NCBI GenBank assembly: GCA_964304625.1 | Contig: OZ199839.1 | Span: 9,128,528 to 9,192,527, forward strand | Length of the DNA stretch: 64,000 bases | Direction: 5' to 3' | Origin: Kudoa neothunni | Lineage: Eukaryota; Animalia; Cnidaria | In this document: positions 25,985 to 39,205 of the stretch, in pieces | Position numbering within the stretch: the first letter of the stretch is position 1 | How the letters are laid out: each line of letters starts with the position of its first letter | Translations under genes and position numbers: made by a program | The notes under the pieces: model-generated | The model's database searches: none | What the model was told of the DNA's origin: nothing | Seen by the model: only the letters and a program-made list of their open reading frames with translations

Positions 25985-28900
25985 CCCTTCCGGTACCAAC
26001 TGGGGTATTTAAGTGACCCCATATTATCTATTTTGTTTCTAAATCAAAAAATCAGCTTCTGATAGTCTTCAAAATTTCAGAATACCTCAATTACTATTAT
26101 TTCGATATTTTGATGAAAATATTTTTTACAATATAATTAAATCTAATGAATAGATTCAAAAATAATACTAGAGTTAATTTTTAATGCATCGGATTAGTTT
26201 TCTAATGTTACATATTTGTTTTATAAATATCAAAAATAGCTTTATCACCCCGAAAATTTGATAATATCCGTTCTATTATATGAAAAAATGGTGCGCCTTT
26301 CTAAATATTACCGCCTCGCGGATTAACGAGGATTAATCCGATTACACCACGTGCTCAACATTTCTTGTGGATATTGAGGTGGCAATTGTTAAATAACTTT
26401 TTTTGAGACATCGGTAATATTTAGTATGAGACTAGACCAAACCATCGATGATGTTGAAGAACTTATTGAGGGTTCTTCTTCTGTAGATAATGATAGTTGC
26501 TCAGAATACGAAATATCTGAATCAGATGATTGCGGTGAAGATGATTGTGTTATTAGTGATATAGATAGTGATGAAGATTTCCAAAGTGACGTTAAATTTG
26601 CTCAAGAAAACCCGAATAATCATTCTATTTTTTCTTCCCCGTCTGGTCTTGAGTGGTCCAAAAGAATTTGTTCGAAAACGAAAACTAAATCACACAACAT
26701 CGTTACTTCATTCTCAGGCATTTTAGAGGAGGCAAACAATATAACGTCCATTTTTGATGCCTTTGAATTGTTTATGTCGGATGATATAATTAATGAGATA
26801 GTAAAATACAGCAACAAGTACTGCGAAGAAACTAACCCAGAGACACACACGACAATAACTAAAAACGAAATAAAAGCATTTATAGGCATATTAATCGCTG
26901 CTGGGCGTTCAAATGGTAAGATGCTTGCTCATAGGAATATGTGGGATGGTAGTCCATTATTCAAACAATTATTCTTCCCCACAGTGATGTCCAGAAACAG
27001 ATTCACATATATTTATAGAAAAATCCGTTTCGACGATAAAGCAAATAGAATTTATCGGTTTCAAATTACAAACGACAAATTCGAACCTTGCCGCCAAATT
27101 TTCGATCTGTTTAATGAAAATTGCTTGAAATATTATTCACCAGGCACGCATATTACCGTGGATGAAAGGTTAGTAAGGTTTAGGGGTAAATGTCCGTTTC
27201 GGGATCAAACTTTGGGTGGCTGCAGACGTAGAAACGTCATACCTATTAAACATTCAACCGTATACTGGGAAGATCGGTGGAACAAGGGAAATAAATCAGG
27301 CTGAAAATGTTGTCACAAGACTTGTCTCTCCATTTTATAGAACTGGCCGAGGAGTGACCGTAGACAACTCTTTTACATCCGTTTCTTTAGCCACGAAACT
27401 CTTCAAAGAGAACCTGACATTGACAGGGACAATTAGGTCGAATAAACGCGATATCCCCAAAGAATTTTTAAAATCGCCACGCCGAGAGGTTTTCTCCTCT
27501 CTGTTCGGGTTTTCTGGTCATCTTTCACTTTCTTCCTATGTACCCAAAAGGAACTATGCGGTCAATATATTGTCTACCGAATTTCATGATTCTTCAACAG
27601 AAGACACATATAGAAAAAGACCAACGGTGATTCTTCACTATAACAAAACCAAAGGTGGTGTTGATAATGGGGATAAAATGACCCAGTCATACTCCTGTTC
27701 GCGACCTACTCGTAGATGACCACTGAGGATTTTCATGGAAATCATTGATATGGCTGCGTTGAACGCATATATTATTTGGATCCAACAAAATTCTGAGTGG
27801 AAAAAAAATGATCGTAGCAAGCGACAGAAACTTATTCGTGAGCTTGCCACAGAATTGGCAACACCCAATGTAGCACATCGTCATGAGAATCCCCATACTC
27901 TACAATCCCGCTTAAAGTATGGTTTCCAATTTTTTTAAATCTCCACCAATAATGACGATTTGACAATATCTGTATCTGAATCAAATTCCACTCAACAATC
28001 AAAGAGAAATAGATGCCATTTTTGTCCTCGGAATAAGGATAAAAAATCCAGCCTGAGATGTTTCAACTGCTTCAAGTTTGTTTTCATAAAACATAGAGTA
28101 AAAAGAAATATTATTTATTGTTTGGATTGTACCAATTCTTTGGAATAAATCGTGTTAATATATTTTTTTATTCGGCATATGGTTGCAGATTATAAATTAT
28201 ACACAAATTTTCACTAGTAATTGAGTGCGATGTGTAATTCATTTTACGATCTCTAATGCATTATCATTTATGACATATACAATTTTGGTTTATTATAATA
28301 AATAAATTCTACCTAAGGCTCAACGGATTCACAATTTTTGAATTTATACACAGTCATGCCATTTGGGAGAAAAAATATCGGCCTGTTGAAAAAACGAATA
28401 AAATTAATCTCGTTATAGGGGAAAGAATAATTTTTTTTACAAAATAATTCTCTAATTTGAGAAATTTTACCAAATATGACTCGTAAAATTAAGAAAATAT
28501 CTACATAAAAATAGTGATTCTAATTTCTGTTTTCGCTACTATTTTGCAAATTTCAAAAATAATAAAATAATGACAAGACGAAAGTGATTTCGTTGTACAT
28601 ATAAATATTAAAAATAATTACGTCAAAATATAACAGATGTTGAATATTATTCTTCATGTCTTAAATACTGATGCTCGAATAATGCAAACTGAAGTCACTG
28701 CGTCATTCATTGTTTAAAAATATTATCATTTTGTGTATTATTCCATGGATGTAACTATTGACACGGCAAATAATACTTAGAGGTCACTAATTTTGGCTAT
28801 ATTTAATTATTTATATCACATCGCTTCGCTTTTGCCTGTCAGGAATAATTAAATAGAGCAGATTTTAAACGATTCAATCTATACAAAGTTTGTGAGTAAG

Positions 28901-29476
28901 AGTCGCTGAGATAAAAAATTTATATTGAGTAAGCGTACATGCAGTTTATGACTAAATTTTATTGTGTCTATAGCATCTGTCTACTAAAATTTAGGAACTA
29001 ATATAGATCAGCATTGGATAATACAAGTCTTCGCTCATATAGCTTAAATTTGATCAAAGCGGCAATCACACCGATCCATCATTAGCTACGGATTCACCGA
29101 CTTATACCGAAAAGCGATGAGTATTTAATTTCTGCAATGGTCATGATTTTTTCTAATTATTCATGATTTTTTGATCATTAGTCTTCCATATATCCTGTTT
29201 CGGCATAAAATTGATAATATTTGCTATTTATGCTACATTTTGATGCATTTGTATCATTGTCCGTGCAATGGTTTTCGTCATGAACAAAATGATTTATGTA
29301 TAGGCCAAATAATAAAAACTAATTTTATTGGGCATGAATTATCATATGTGTGTCTCTTATTTTTGGCGAAATAGTTTCTAGCGGATTGAACAAGTTTAAG
29401 ATGTATTTCGGCTGGGGTACGTTAGTGACCCCAGTTGGTCATCCACGTTCTGTTATCGTAGTTGGTACAGGAAGGG
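25985..29476 (+). mobile_element. piggyBac transposon, full length, inactive
   Basis: TTAA TSDs at 25981-25984 and 29477-29480. 17-bp TIR CCCTTCC(G/T)GTACCAACT. Subterminal GGGGT…GACCCC palindromes. Confidence 0.95.
26426..28148 (+). pseudogene. piggyBac transposase, disrupted
   Basis: Acidic N-terminus, VDE…FRGKCPF, VTVDN, YNKTKGGVD and a C-terminal Cys-rich domain. A deletion/frameshift near 27200 removes QYMPxKP, TGA replaces the W of RRWP at 27717-27719, and there is a break near 27938. Confidence 0.92.
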
Positions 29477-30763
29477 TTAAACTAATAATAAATTTTATAA
29501 CTAGAAGGATTGATTCGTATCGCTAAATTTTTGAAAGAACTGAAGTTGTATTTAAGTTATTTAATGAATGAATGAATGAATGAACTTTAATCGTTAATTA
29601 AATTTCTCATAAAATTAAGGTCATTATATTTTCGGTCAATAATTTGAAAATATAAACTTAAAAATACTCATTAATTTCTCTCAATATCTCTATTTATACT
29701 TGAATGTAAAGTGTGTGCATAATTTCGTTTATCTAAATCATCACATTGCAAAAATAATGGCAAGTTTTAAAATGCAACAATTATAAGATAGATTATTTGT
29801 TTGTAATATTAATTGTCTTATTTCTTCTCAAAGTTTAACTTTAAAAAACTATTACTTTTAATTAATACAAATACACAATATTTTAAAAGTTTCCACAAAA
29901 ATTATTATAATTTATGATCGTTAAGGATTAAATAATGCTGAGTGGTTTGTGAATTGTTCATTTACGTCCGTTATTTTAATTTGTTTTTATCAGAAATAAA
30001 AAAATATACTTAAACAATTAGAATTTAATGATAAAATTAAAGTCTATAATTACGTTTGTATCGATGCACCATCAATGTATTATTAAATTTTTCACAAAAA
30101 AATCCATAATAGTCTTTTCTCAAAGGTATTTAATTAAGCACATACAAATCTCCATACAAGATAAATTTTAACACCATTTGACTGAAATCCAATTGTCAAT
30201 TAAACAATTATATGAATTGATAAGATCAAAATTGTGTATAGCTTTCAACAGCAATGTTCAACCGAATAATATGAAAGATACCAATTTAAATCCTAATGCT
30301 AATGGATTTAATTTACTTGATTTTTTTCACGACAATTACCGACTTGAATTTAACGCTTAATTGTTAAGGCCATTAGATCGTGTTTAGTTTAGCATTCTAT
30401 TAGGAGATTGTTCAGGAACTGTTAAAAATGATAGTTCACCCACAATAATCTGATACATTCAACTTAAACTATAGATAGTAATACGTGGAATAAATTATCA
30501 ACTTAGGAATTAATTTTAAATCTCCAAATGAATTGTTCACGACAATTCTTGTTATTGATCCTTCATAAGCCTAAAAATGCCACGTTATATCCAATTTGTG
30601 TAGTATGCGTGATTTGGTTGGGATGAAAACATTGTAACTTTATCTCTCAAATAGTCCCATCGAACCGGGTCACATTAACAATAGTAACTCCATTTAGAAA
30701 TGGGCTCAAAACGATTATTATAATTCGCGCGTTGCGCAAACTTTAATCCGTTAACTAATTGAA

Positions 30764-33357
30764 ATGTCGGAGGATTATTATGCGTCACTTTCTGATGCAG
30801 AACTTAGGGGAATTTTAAAACGTAAAAATATCAAATATGGCCCAATCACACAAACCACCCGTTCTATATATGTGAACAGGTTGGCCAGGTTGGACGAAAC
30901 AATGTTGTCGTCATCATCGGAGGGTAGCTCAAAATCAGCCACTAGACAGAATTCTCGCAATTCAAGAACATCATCCAGATTAGCCAGTAAAAACAAATCA
31001 AATATTGTCAGCGATGTTTCTCCAGATCAACGGCAAACCTCAGCAATCTCATCATCTAGAAATCATTCCACTCCAATCACTTCTGTGACTCCTCCTGTGC
31101 GACGATCACTAATACAGTATCCTCAGAAATATGCTGCCGTTAACAGCAACAGCAACAACCACAAATCTGATCCAAATATTATTGATTTTTCGCCTTATTC
31201 TGGCTCTAGACGTATTCATTCCGATCGAACTATTGGTAGCCCCGGTCACACACCTTTTGCTGCCCCAAAAAAAAGAATGGCATTCAATCGAACAGAACAT
31301 CCATCGATGAAGACGCAATTAAATTCCGAATGGGGTGTGGCAGTTGGTCTTAAACGGCCGGTAGCACCTGCTCAATCTGACGTTCCAGCCAGAGTGAGTT
31401 ATCATCCTCATGAGATCAGACAATACAGTTATAATCCAAGTTCCGACGTGAGCAGTGACACTATTTCCACCACAAACAACAAGCGTCGCAAACGTCGTAA
31501 TAGCAGTGGCAATTTTCGACAATCATCCGTTCAGACTGATTCCGAATATGAGCCAAATTCAAATGACCGTAATATGATTGATTCAAGATTAAATTTAAAT
31601 ACCCCTGCTCCTTCTTCCATCGCCCAGATTGGATTTTCTGGTTTGAAAATATTTTGCTGTGGTTTATTGTTTTTATGTTTGTATTTGGTATCATTCGCAG
31701 TGGTTGATTGGTTAAAACAATCAATCAAACATAAAAATGAAGTATTTTTGAAATAATATCTCACAAGAAATTGATTATTCAATGTTTATCTATAGAATAG
31801 TCTTGAGAGATGCATAATGACCACATTACAAGGGGTAAAATGTAAGTGATTGTTTGGTTGTTATTCCATCACTGTAAGCTAATCGTTTAGCCTACACCGA
31901 TTGTAGTATGGTTAACAATCATATGAAAACCATTAAAACTGGAAACAACTCTCTTAGTGTTAGTTATCTATTTAGTCAATGTGAGCATCTTCTTCCTAAA
32001 GTAATTATTAATTCTAACTGGAGCCTAAAATTCTTGTTAAGGATCATCGTTTGATGGAAGGATTTGTTTCTTTGTTGAAGGATATTGCAAATGCAAATGC
32101 TTTAGTGTGAGTTAGGTTGTTTTAGAATTCGATCGACTCACTTATTGGTCTAGTTGTTATGATTACACGCTGAGTACCGTCCATTGTTCGGACAATGTTT
32201 TTTATGTTGCCGCCATTCCACCACTTTTGAGACGTGTGATGTGTGGATTTTTTCTTTTTCTCACCGTGGAGAACCTTGTGACTGTGTGTGTGTCACTTGG
32301 GCTGGCAACTTTATTCATTTATATTCGTACGAGAAGACTCATCGCTTGTTCAAGTTGTTGTGTTGGACTGGAGAAATCAGCAATGTGTACGTTAATTATA
32401 CACTTTAAATATTTTATTTTCAATGTTAGTCATGCTGAAAAGACAACGAGAATTGTTTGTTAGGGGATTCGTAGAAGAAATTTTCCTTCCTATCCCACTC
32501 ATTCGTGACAGTCTCATACCCCAACAAAACAGGTTGTTCTCACTATTCACTCACTCACTCACTCACTTTAATGTTTGATGTGTATTGGTGTTAATTTATT
32601 TTTGAATTAGATGTAAACTCGGCCATTATTGGGCGATAGTTGAGGATAAAATCAACAAGAATAAACTAGTGTGTTGTGAAACCATCCAAATCTCTGGCAT
32701 CCCAACCAAATGCTGGAAACTGTTGTCCAACAACAGCAATTTACAAAATGTCTCAATAGATGAGGTAATGGTTCGTAAGGTGTATGGGGACATTTGGTGT
32801 ATGACGTGTAGTTGGAATTTACACCCGCCAAACGTTGGTATCCATCACTTGTGGATTTGAAAAATGATGTCAAACGTATGACCACTAAACAAATTGCGAC
32901 GGCTCCAACATGCTTCTTGAAAGTTTTTGGCGCACATCTGGCCGAACAGTAGTTGAATTTTGTGTACGAAGGATTGGTTAACATCTTACATAGAGAAATG
33001 ATTCCCCACTGGGATAAATTGGTTGCCGATGCGTTGGTCGAGCGATGTTGTTTTGCCAGTGCCATCGTCATCCACTGCCATGTAGACGCTGCTAATATTG
33101 AGGTATGTGTTATTGTTATGCCATCGTTCGTTTAATATTTAGTCTTTGTTTTAATTAAGGGAGTCGTCTATATGCGGACTGCGGATGAAAACTCCGCCGC
33201 CATGGTCTACAACACCGTCAACAACATGTGGTTGGATGGCAAACAACTCACCTGTAAATTTTTACAACGTGATCAATACTTTAGAAAGTTCGCGGATTTC
33301 TCCAACTCCTACACTATTCTTGAAAAGGATGAGTCTCTACCATCCAGTCTCAATTGA
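30764..33357 (+). CDS. LEMD3: Inner nuclear membrane protein MAN1 (LEM, TM, MSC, RRM/UHM)
   Basis: LEM domain LSDAELRGILKRKNIKYGPITQTTRSIYVNRL, Ser-rich linker, two TM segments, W…V…MTCSW and a C-terminal RRM-like region (TCFLKVF…IVIHCHVD…GVVYMR…WLDGKQLTCKFL). Confidence 0.88.
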
Positions 33358-36149
33358 TGAGCCTCAAACACAGCGCTTCTATTCTAGCTATCCCAGCTAT
33401 TTATTAGCATCATAAATTTTCCTGAATGTTCATTTTTGTTTGATTTTTTTTCTCGGTTCTCTCTTTTGCTGCGTTACTTTTAGAGTTTTTTAGCGGGATT
33501 TTGTGGGTAGGTTGCAATTTGAATATATTATTCTAAGTTGATACAATATTGATGAACGTTTTATTATGTATTGTTGCATGTGTCCTCTAAATTCGAGATA
33601 CAGTCACAGTGTTATTCTATATGAATACAATAAGACAGTGGTACGTTTATTGTAGTACTGGTCGGCATTTTATATCATGATGTTTAATTGGGATTCGCGT
33701 GTGTTTCTAATTTTTTAATGGAAAGGTAAAATATTTTAAAGTCTCTGTTATAATTATTTTTTGTTTCACTCAAAGCACGAGAATTTTTAGAATGCTCCTA
33801 CAAACTTATAATTATAAGGTTTCTATTTAAATAAAAAAATTGTATTCGAAATTTTATAAACTAAAAATCGAGAGATAATTATTTCTTAAATGATGGATCA
33901 TTAATTTATATTTCTATTGAATATATACTTTAACATCATTTATTAATTAAAATTCCTATATTACTAACCGGAAAAAGCATGTTTTCATCAAAGTATAACT
34001 TATTGGGTATTTACGAAAGTTAATTCGATAATACCTTACTAATCTGGTTGCTTACTCGCATTCCCAATTTGTACAAATTTTTCATTTTTTGAAATGATTT
34101 CTTGTCTTAAATTAATTTAAAAAATTTAAAAAAATTAAGGAAACCATTGAGATCTCATTTAGCATAGGCCCCTAATCGTCTGATGCGTAGTTGGGATTAT
34201 TGTGTTTATTGCGCCGTCATGTGTCATGTATGAGATTTGACGATAAATTTGTTTTTAAAATTTGGCGGGAAATTTTGATTCGCTACAGGTGAAGAGAACA
34301 AATAGGATTTTTTGAGACCATTATCGTATGTTTAATCCATATTCATTTTCCAATAGATATAGATTCTTTAATTTAAACCAATTCGATTTCCGCAATTAGC
34401 TATAATTAGGGCATACAATCTTCGATTTAAATCAATTTAAAGTTTAAACCGTCGATTTTAGCAGGTTGGTTCAACGTTTATTTTTTCGGATTGTTTCGGA
34501 AAGCGCGCCTTAATAAGAATAGGCAGAAAGAGATGTGATTTGAATAATTATTTTGAGGATTGAGTTAATTTAAAACAAATTTGTTTCAAATACTGCAAGT
34601 TAAAGTTACCCACAAAACCAAACAATGTGCAGAATTATTACATTATCGAAGCATCATTCAAGGGTGGATTCGTTAAAAAGTGTCTTTCTTGGGTCCTTTG
34701 TTATTTAAAGATCGTAGAAATCAAAAATAATAATTTATCTTGTCTCAGTCGTGGTGTATGGTGGATTGCCATTTGAAATAATAGATAGTTACACAGGACC
34801 TAGAAGTTTTTCCTAAAAATATTGCCCTACAGCACGCTTACTTTCTAATGCTGAAACTTTTGTGGAGAAGCACTCACTTACATTGTTTAAAAAAAAGATT
34901 TCAGCAGCATACACTTTCCGACTGTTTTTATGGATTCTTAAAATTACCGTTGTCTTCAATCGAAGTAAAGATTTTTACTAAGATCAGGTACGTTCTTTCA
35001 GGGGAGAGAATACTTTTGTTGAGAGGAAAAATCTCTGATATTATAATTATATTAAAATGGTGAAACTAAAATATAATTTTATTATATACTGTGTGATGTT
35101 AATTTGTATTTTTTGCGACAGTGAGATGTTTGCGAGGATCTGCATATAATCTAATCGCCGTTATACATAAAAGAGTCGAAAATCACATGCCCTAGCTATA
35201 ATACTCACGCACAAGTCGATCCTAACTAAGCGGGTGACTTAATCCAATTATACCGATAAAATATAAAGGGCGAGCAACAATGTTTACTAATAATAGTGTA
35301 TTCGAATGTTTCGACGATATTTATTGATTCATATAGTTTAAGTCATTGTTTGGCTGAAAAATAGGGAAATTGGTCGGTGTACCTCCTTGTAGCTGCACTT
35401 TGTTATCTTTGCAATATTGTCGTTTTATTTATTACAGAGGATAAAACAATTTTCTATGTCTATGTCAATGTCTATTAATATATATGTTCATGATGGTTTA
35501 AATTCTGTAGACTTGGAAGATTTTTAAATTGACTAAGGCATATTTTTATTGACACAGTACGGGATTGGGATATATTCTATCATAGATGAGAATATTTAAA
35601 AAATAAAAATGTGAAATCTGTCTAAACCACTTGTAGAAGGAATTTAAATAGACTTTTTTTTAAAACATCATTCTTTTATCGACTGTGATAATGATAAGCG
35701 CAGTTAATATTATAATCATTTGGAGAAGGTCATAAAAATGGCAAAAACCTTATAATTCGATGATAACTTGGAACGATATCCTTTTTAAATTAATGTCCCT
35801 TTGTCTGGCCTATTTTTATGCACCCTTACCTCAAAACAACGGTTCAGCCATTTTAAATCAACAAAAATATTTTAAATAATTATATAAACTAAAATCTCAA
35901 TTTTTACGTTAAATCTTATCGCTCAGGTTAAAATTAAAGATTTGATAGGGTGAATTTTCAGTGAACTATGCGCATACGCGTTGATATTATTTTATGCGCG
36001 TTTAATTTACATTCGATCGCGCGTGCATAGCCTTCAAAATGGATCAAAATGAAAACTAATTCGTCATGTTCCAACAAAAGGCGGAGGCGATAAAAGATGT
36101 TGTAAATGGCGCCTGTGGACTTTTCCAGCTGACATGATTGATAAATTCG

Positions 36150-37170
36150 AAGAACTTGGAATCCATGATCGTGAGATGTTAGAGGAAAATTTACAAATAT
36201 ATTCAGAGTATTCGTAAAAGAAAGCAAATAGATGTTAATATCGAAAGCAACTTGACAAATCTTAACTTACTTACACCCTAAGAAACGAAACTTTTTGTGT
36301 TCATGATTCTGGATCCTTAGCAGATGGCAGAATAATAATTTTTACGACTGAATAAAATACTCAACACCTGAATAACACTAATGTGCGGTTGGCAGACGGT
36401 ACGTTTACTGTTGTTACTGAAGCTTTCTATCAGTTTTATATCGTCCATGGCAGAATAATGGGAAGATTCTTTCCCTTAATATTTGTCTTAATGACTGGAA
36501 AATTTAAAACACTATATGAAAATATTTTAAAAAACAATTATCTCTATGTTTCCCCCAGAATGTAGTAATTGATCTAGAACAGTCAGCTTTTGTCGCTTTA
36601 AAAATGTTTCGCAAAATACTAATACCTATTTTTGCATTTATTATTTAAGCCAATTTATTTGGAGAAAAATACGAAATGTAGGTCCCACCGAATTTTATCT
36701 ACACAACAGTGATTTTAAATTGTATATTAAATTTTTTATTTCGTTATCGTTTGTACCCATTTCTAGTATTTCTGACGAATTTCTTAAATTAAAAAATAAA
36801 TCAACTTTGTTCACTAATATTAATGTTGCTCCATTTGTATAATATTTTGAAATTTTTTTATAGAAATATCCAAATATACTCATGAGACGTGGGATAATTT
36901 CGAGAGAATGATCAATAATATTGTTCTCACGACGAGCTCTGCAGAAATTTTCTATCGTCATTTTTATTCCCTATTCGATCAAAGTCATTCAGGTCCGCCA
37001 ATTTTTCTAGAAAAATTAAAAGAAACTCAAAGTCTTGTAGAGCAAGATATTGAATACCTAATGTGTGATCCAGAATCTTCCAATAAAAACACTAATTATT
37101 AATACAAAATTTAAAAACAATCTGCCAAAATTATACAAAATATTACGGATTACATTATTTAGAGGCTATA
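36150..37170 (+). mobile_element. MULE/Mutator transposase remnant
   Basis: LADGTFTV…FYQFYIVHG…FPLIFVLMTGK…YENI, VIDLE and a HL(S)QFIWRKI-like segment are MULE DDE motifs. Multiple stops and frameshifts. Confidence 0.85.
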
Positions 37171-39205
37171 TCTAAAACTTATTTTTGTGTTATTGAAACC
37201 GTGTGTTTATTCATATAAAATAATGTATTCCTTAACAAAAACACCATTATTTTGCATGCGCGTCTATAGCGCGAACTTTCGCCTTAGGGGCCTTTCCGAT
37301 TGGAGAACCGTGACTTACGCCTTGGGACGACGAAAAAATTTACGACAAGCATGCTTTATATATAATATACCGATTCTAAGTAATCACACTTTTTTCGAAA
37401 ATAATCATGTGAGATTCTTGTGAAATTGAAGCTGAAATAAGTCTGATAACCAAATTATTATTTTGATGAGTTTAATTGAAAATTAATTCATTTTTTCAAT
37501 CTAAAAATTTTTATTTATTAGTATATGAAATAAAAATAATAGTTTATTACTTTTTAGTGGAAAAACAAACGACTTATTAAGAGTTTTAATATGGGTAAAT
37601 TATTAAAAATTTTGTTGCAGCCAATAGTCAATTCAATAGTCAATTCAATGTCCGGTTTTACGCATTTTTAAAAAGCAATGCAAGTTGAATAATCAAATTT
37701 ACAATCGATATACAGTATATTTTTATTAAAGAATTTCGATTTAAATAATATAATAAGGTTGCGAAATTTCCAGATGTTAATCACGTGACTGACAGGTTTT
37801 GGGCACTTTTTTTGGAACGTTTTTGAAAAAATCGATGAATTTCGTTTAATGTTCGAAAGAAATGAATGGAATGAAAAATAATCAAATCAAAACATGAAAT
37901 AATAAAATACTTCCACAATATTTCCCCCAAAGCAACCAAATTTGTTACAATAAAGCACCAGACATATCCCTCTTATCCAACTCCTATGGCATTTTACAAA
38001 ACAAAAATAAAATTGTTTAGATGATTGAAACAATCCGATTTTTATTTTATCTACGAATTTATTAAAATGAATTTAAAAAATATCCAAGTTTGACAAAAAA
38101 TGGATCGATCGGTCATGTCCGCGATGGAGAAAGCTATATTTCACAGTATTTGGGCGAATTTTTTGTTACTAAATTTTGACATATACAAAAACATACAAAA
38201 CGAAAAAAATACAGCTTAATATTTTTTTTCAATATATTACAGATACTGCAAAGTAAAACAGTTTTATATTGTCATTTATAAAAATTGGATTTCTGAAGTT
38301 TAATAATAAAAATTTACTTAATTCTTGATTTCTAACAACAAATTAAATAAAAAAAATTATAAACTAAAAAAATCGTACGACACCAATATCTATTTTTAAA
38401 ATTCAAAAAGTATTTTCATTATAGTGAAAAATCAGATGTTTTTGAGAAATACGCAGTAAATTTATTATTAAAGTTTGTCCATATAAAATTGTTATATATC
38501 AATAGTAAAAAATTTATACGATAATAATAAATAATTATTGAGTTAATAATTAAGAGAGAAACGAAAAAGATTCAATGTTTGTTGAAAAATCATTAAAATT
38601 TATTATTTTAAGCTAAATTTTATTTCTCCATATTCTTTATTTTATTATGGACAATCGTGAAAAAAAATATTTGAAAAACATGCACAAGAGGGTGTTTTTA
38701 GGTGCCGCAGTGGCGTATCTACGTATCAACAATAGTGTGTAATCATGCGCCAGCGCTATGGTCCATAGTCAAGTAATAAGGTCTCGCCACTTTTACGTTT
38801 GAGGGTCATGGACTCGACCTTCGTTTGTGTTTATAATCATGAAGAAAACGTCGTTCGCTCATGACACGGACGGACGGACGGACGGACATTATCTGGATTG
38901 TAATTATATGAATTAATGCATACAAATGCGCTTACTGCTATCGAAAGTAATTATAAAAATATCTGGACTGAAAAAATGAAACTCAATCTATTTTTTATCT
39001 CCAAGGGAAATTATCTTATATTTACAATTCGCCAAATAATGTTACCGATGCGAACTTTATATCAAAAGACGAATTAAAAAAATTGTATATTACAACTATT
39101 TTTAAATCACTAGAAATTTCAAGAAATGATAGTCAATAATAAAAATTGCACAGAAATCATATTAACTTAGTTATATTACAAGAAAAGTTTGAAAATGCAT
39201 GTTAT

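Noticed and set aside
30150-30480. NANGFNLLDF (and IVGD at about 50480) hinting at non-LTR retrotransposon endonuclease remnants
   Set aside because: Motifs too short and degenerate to support a call without a profile search.
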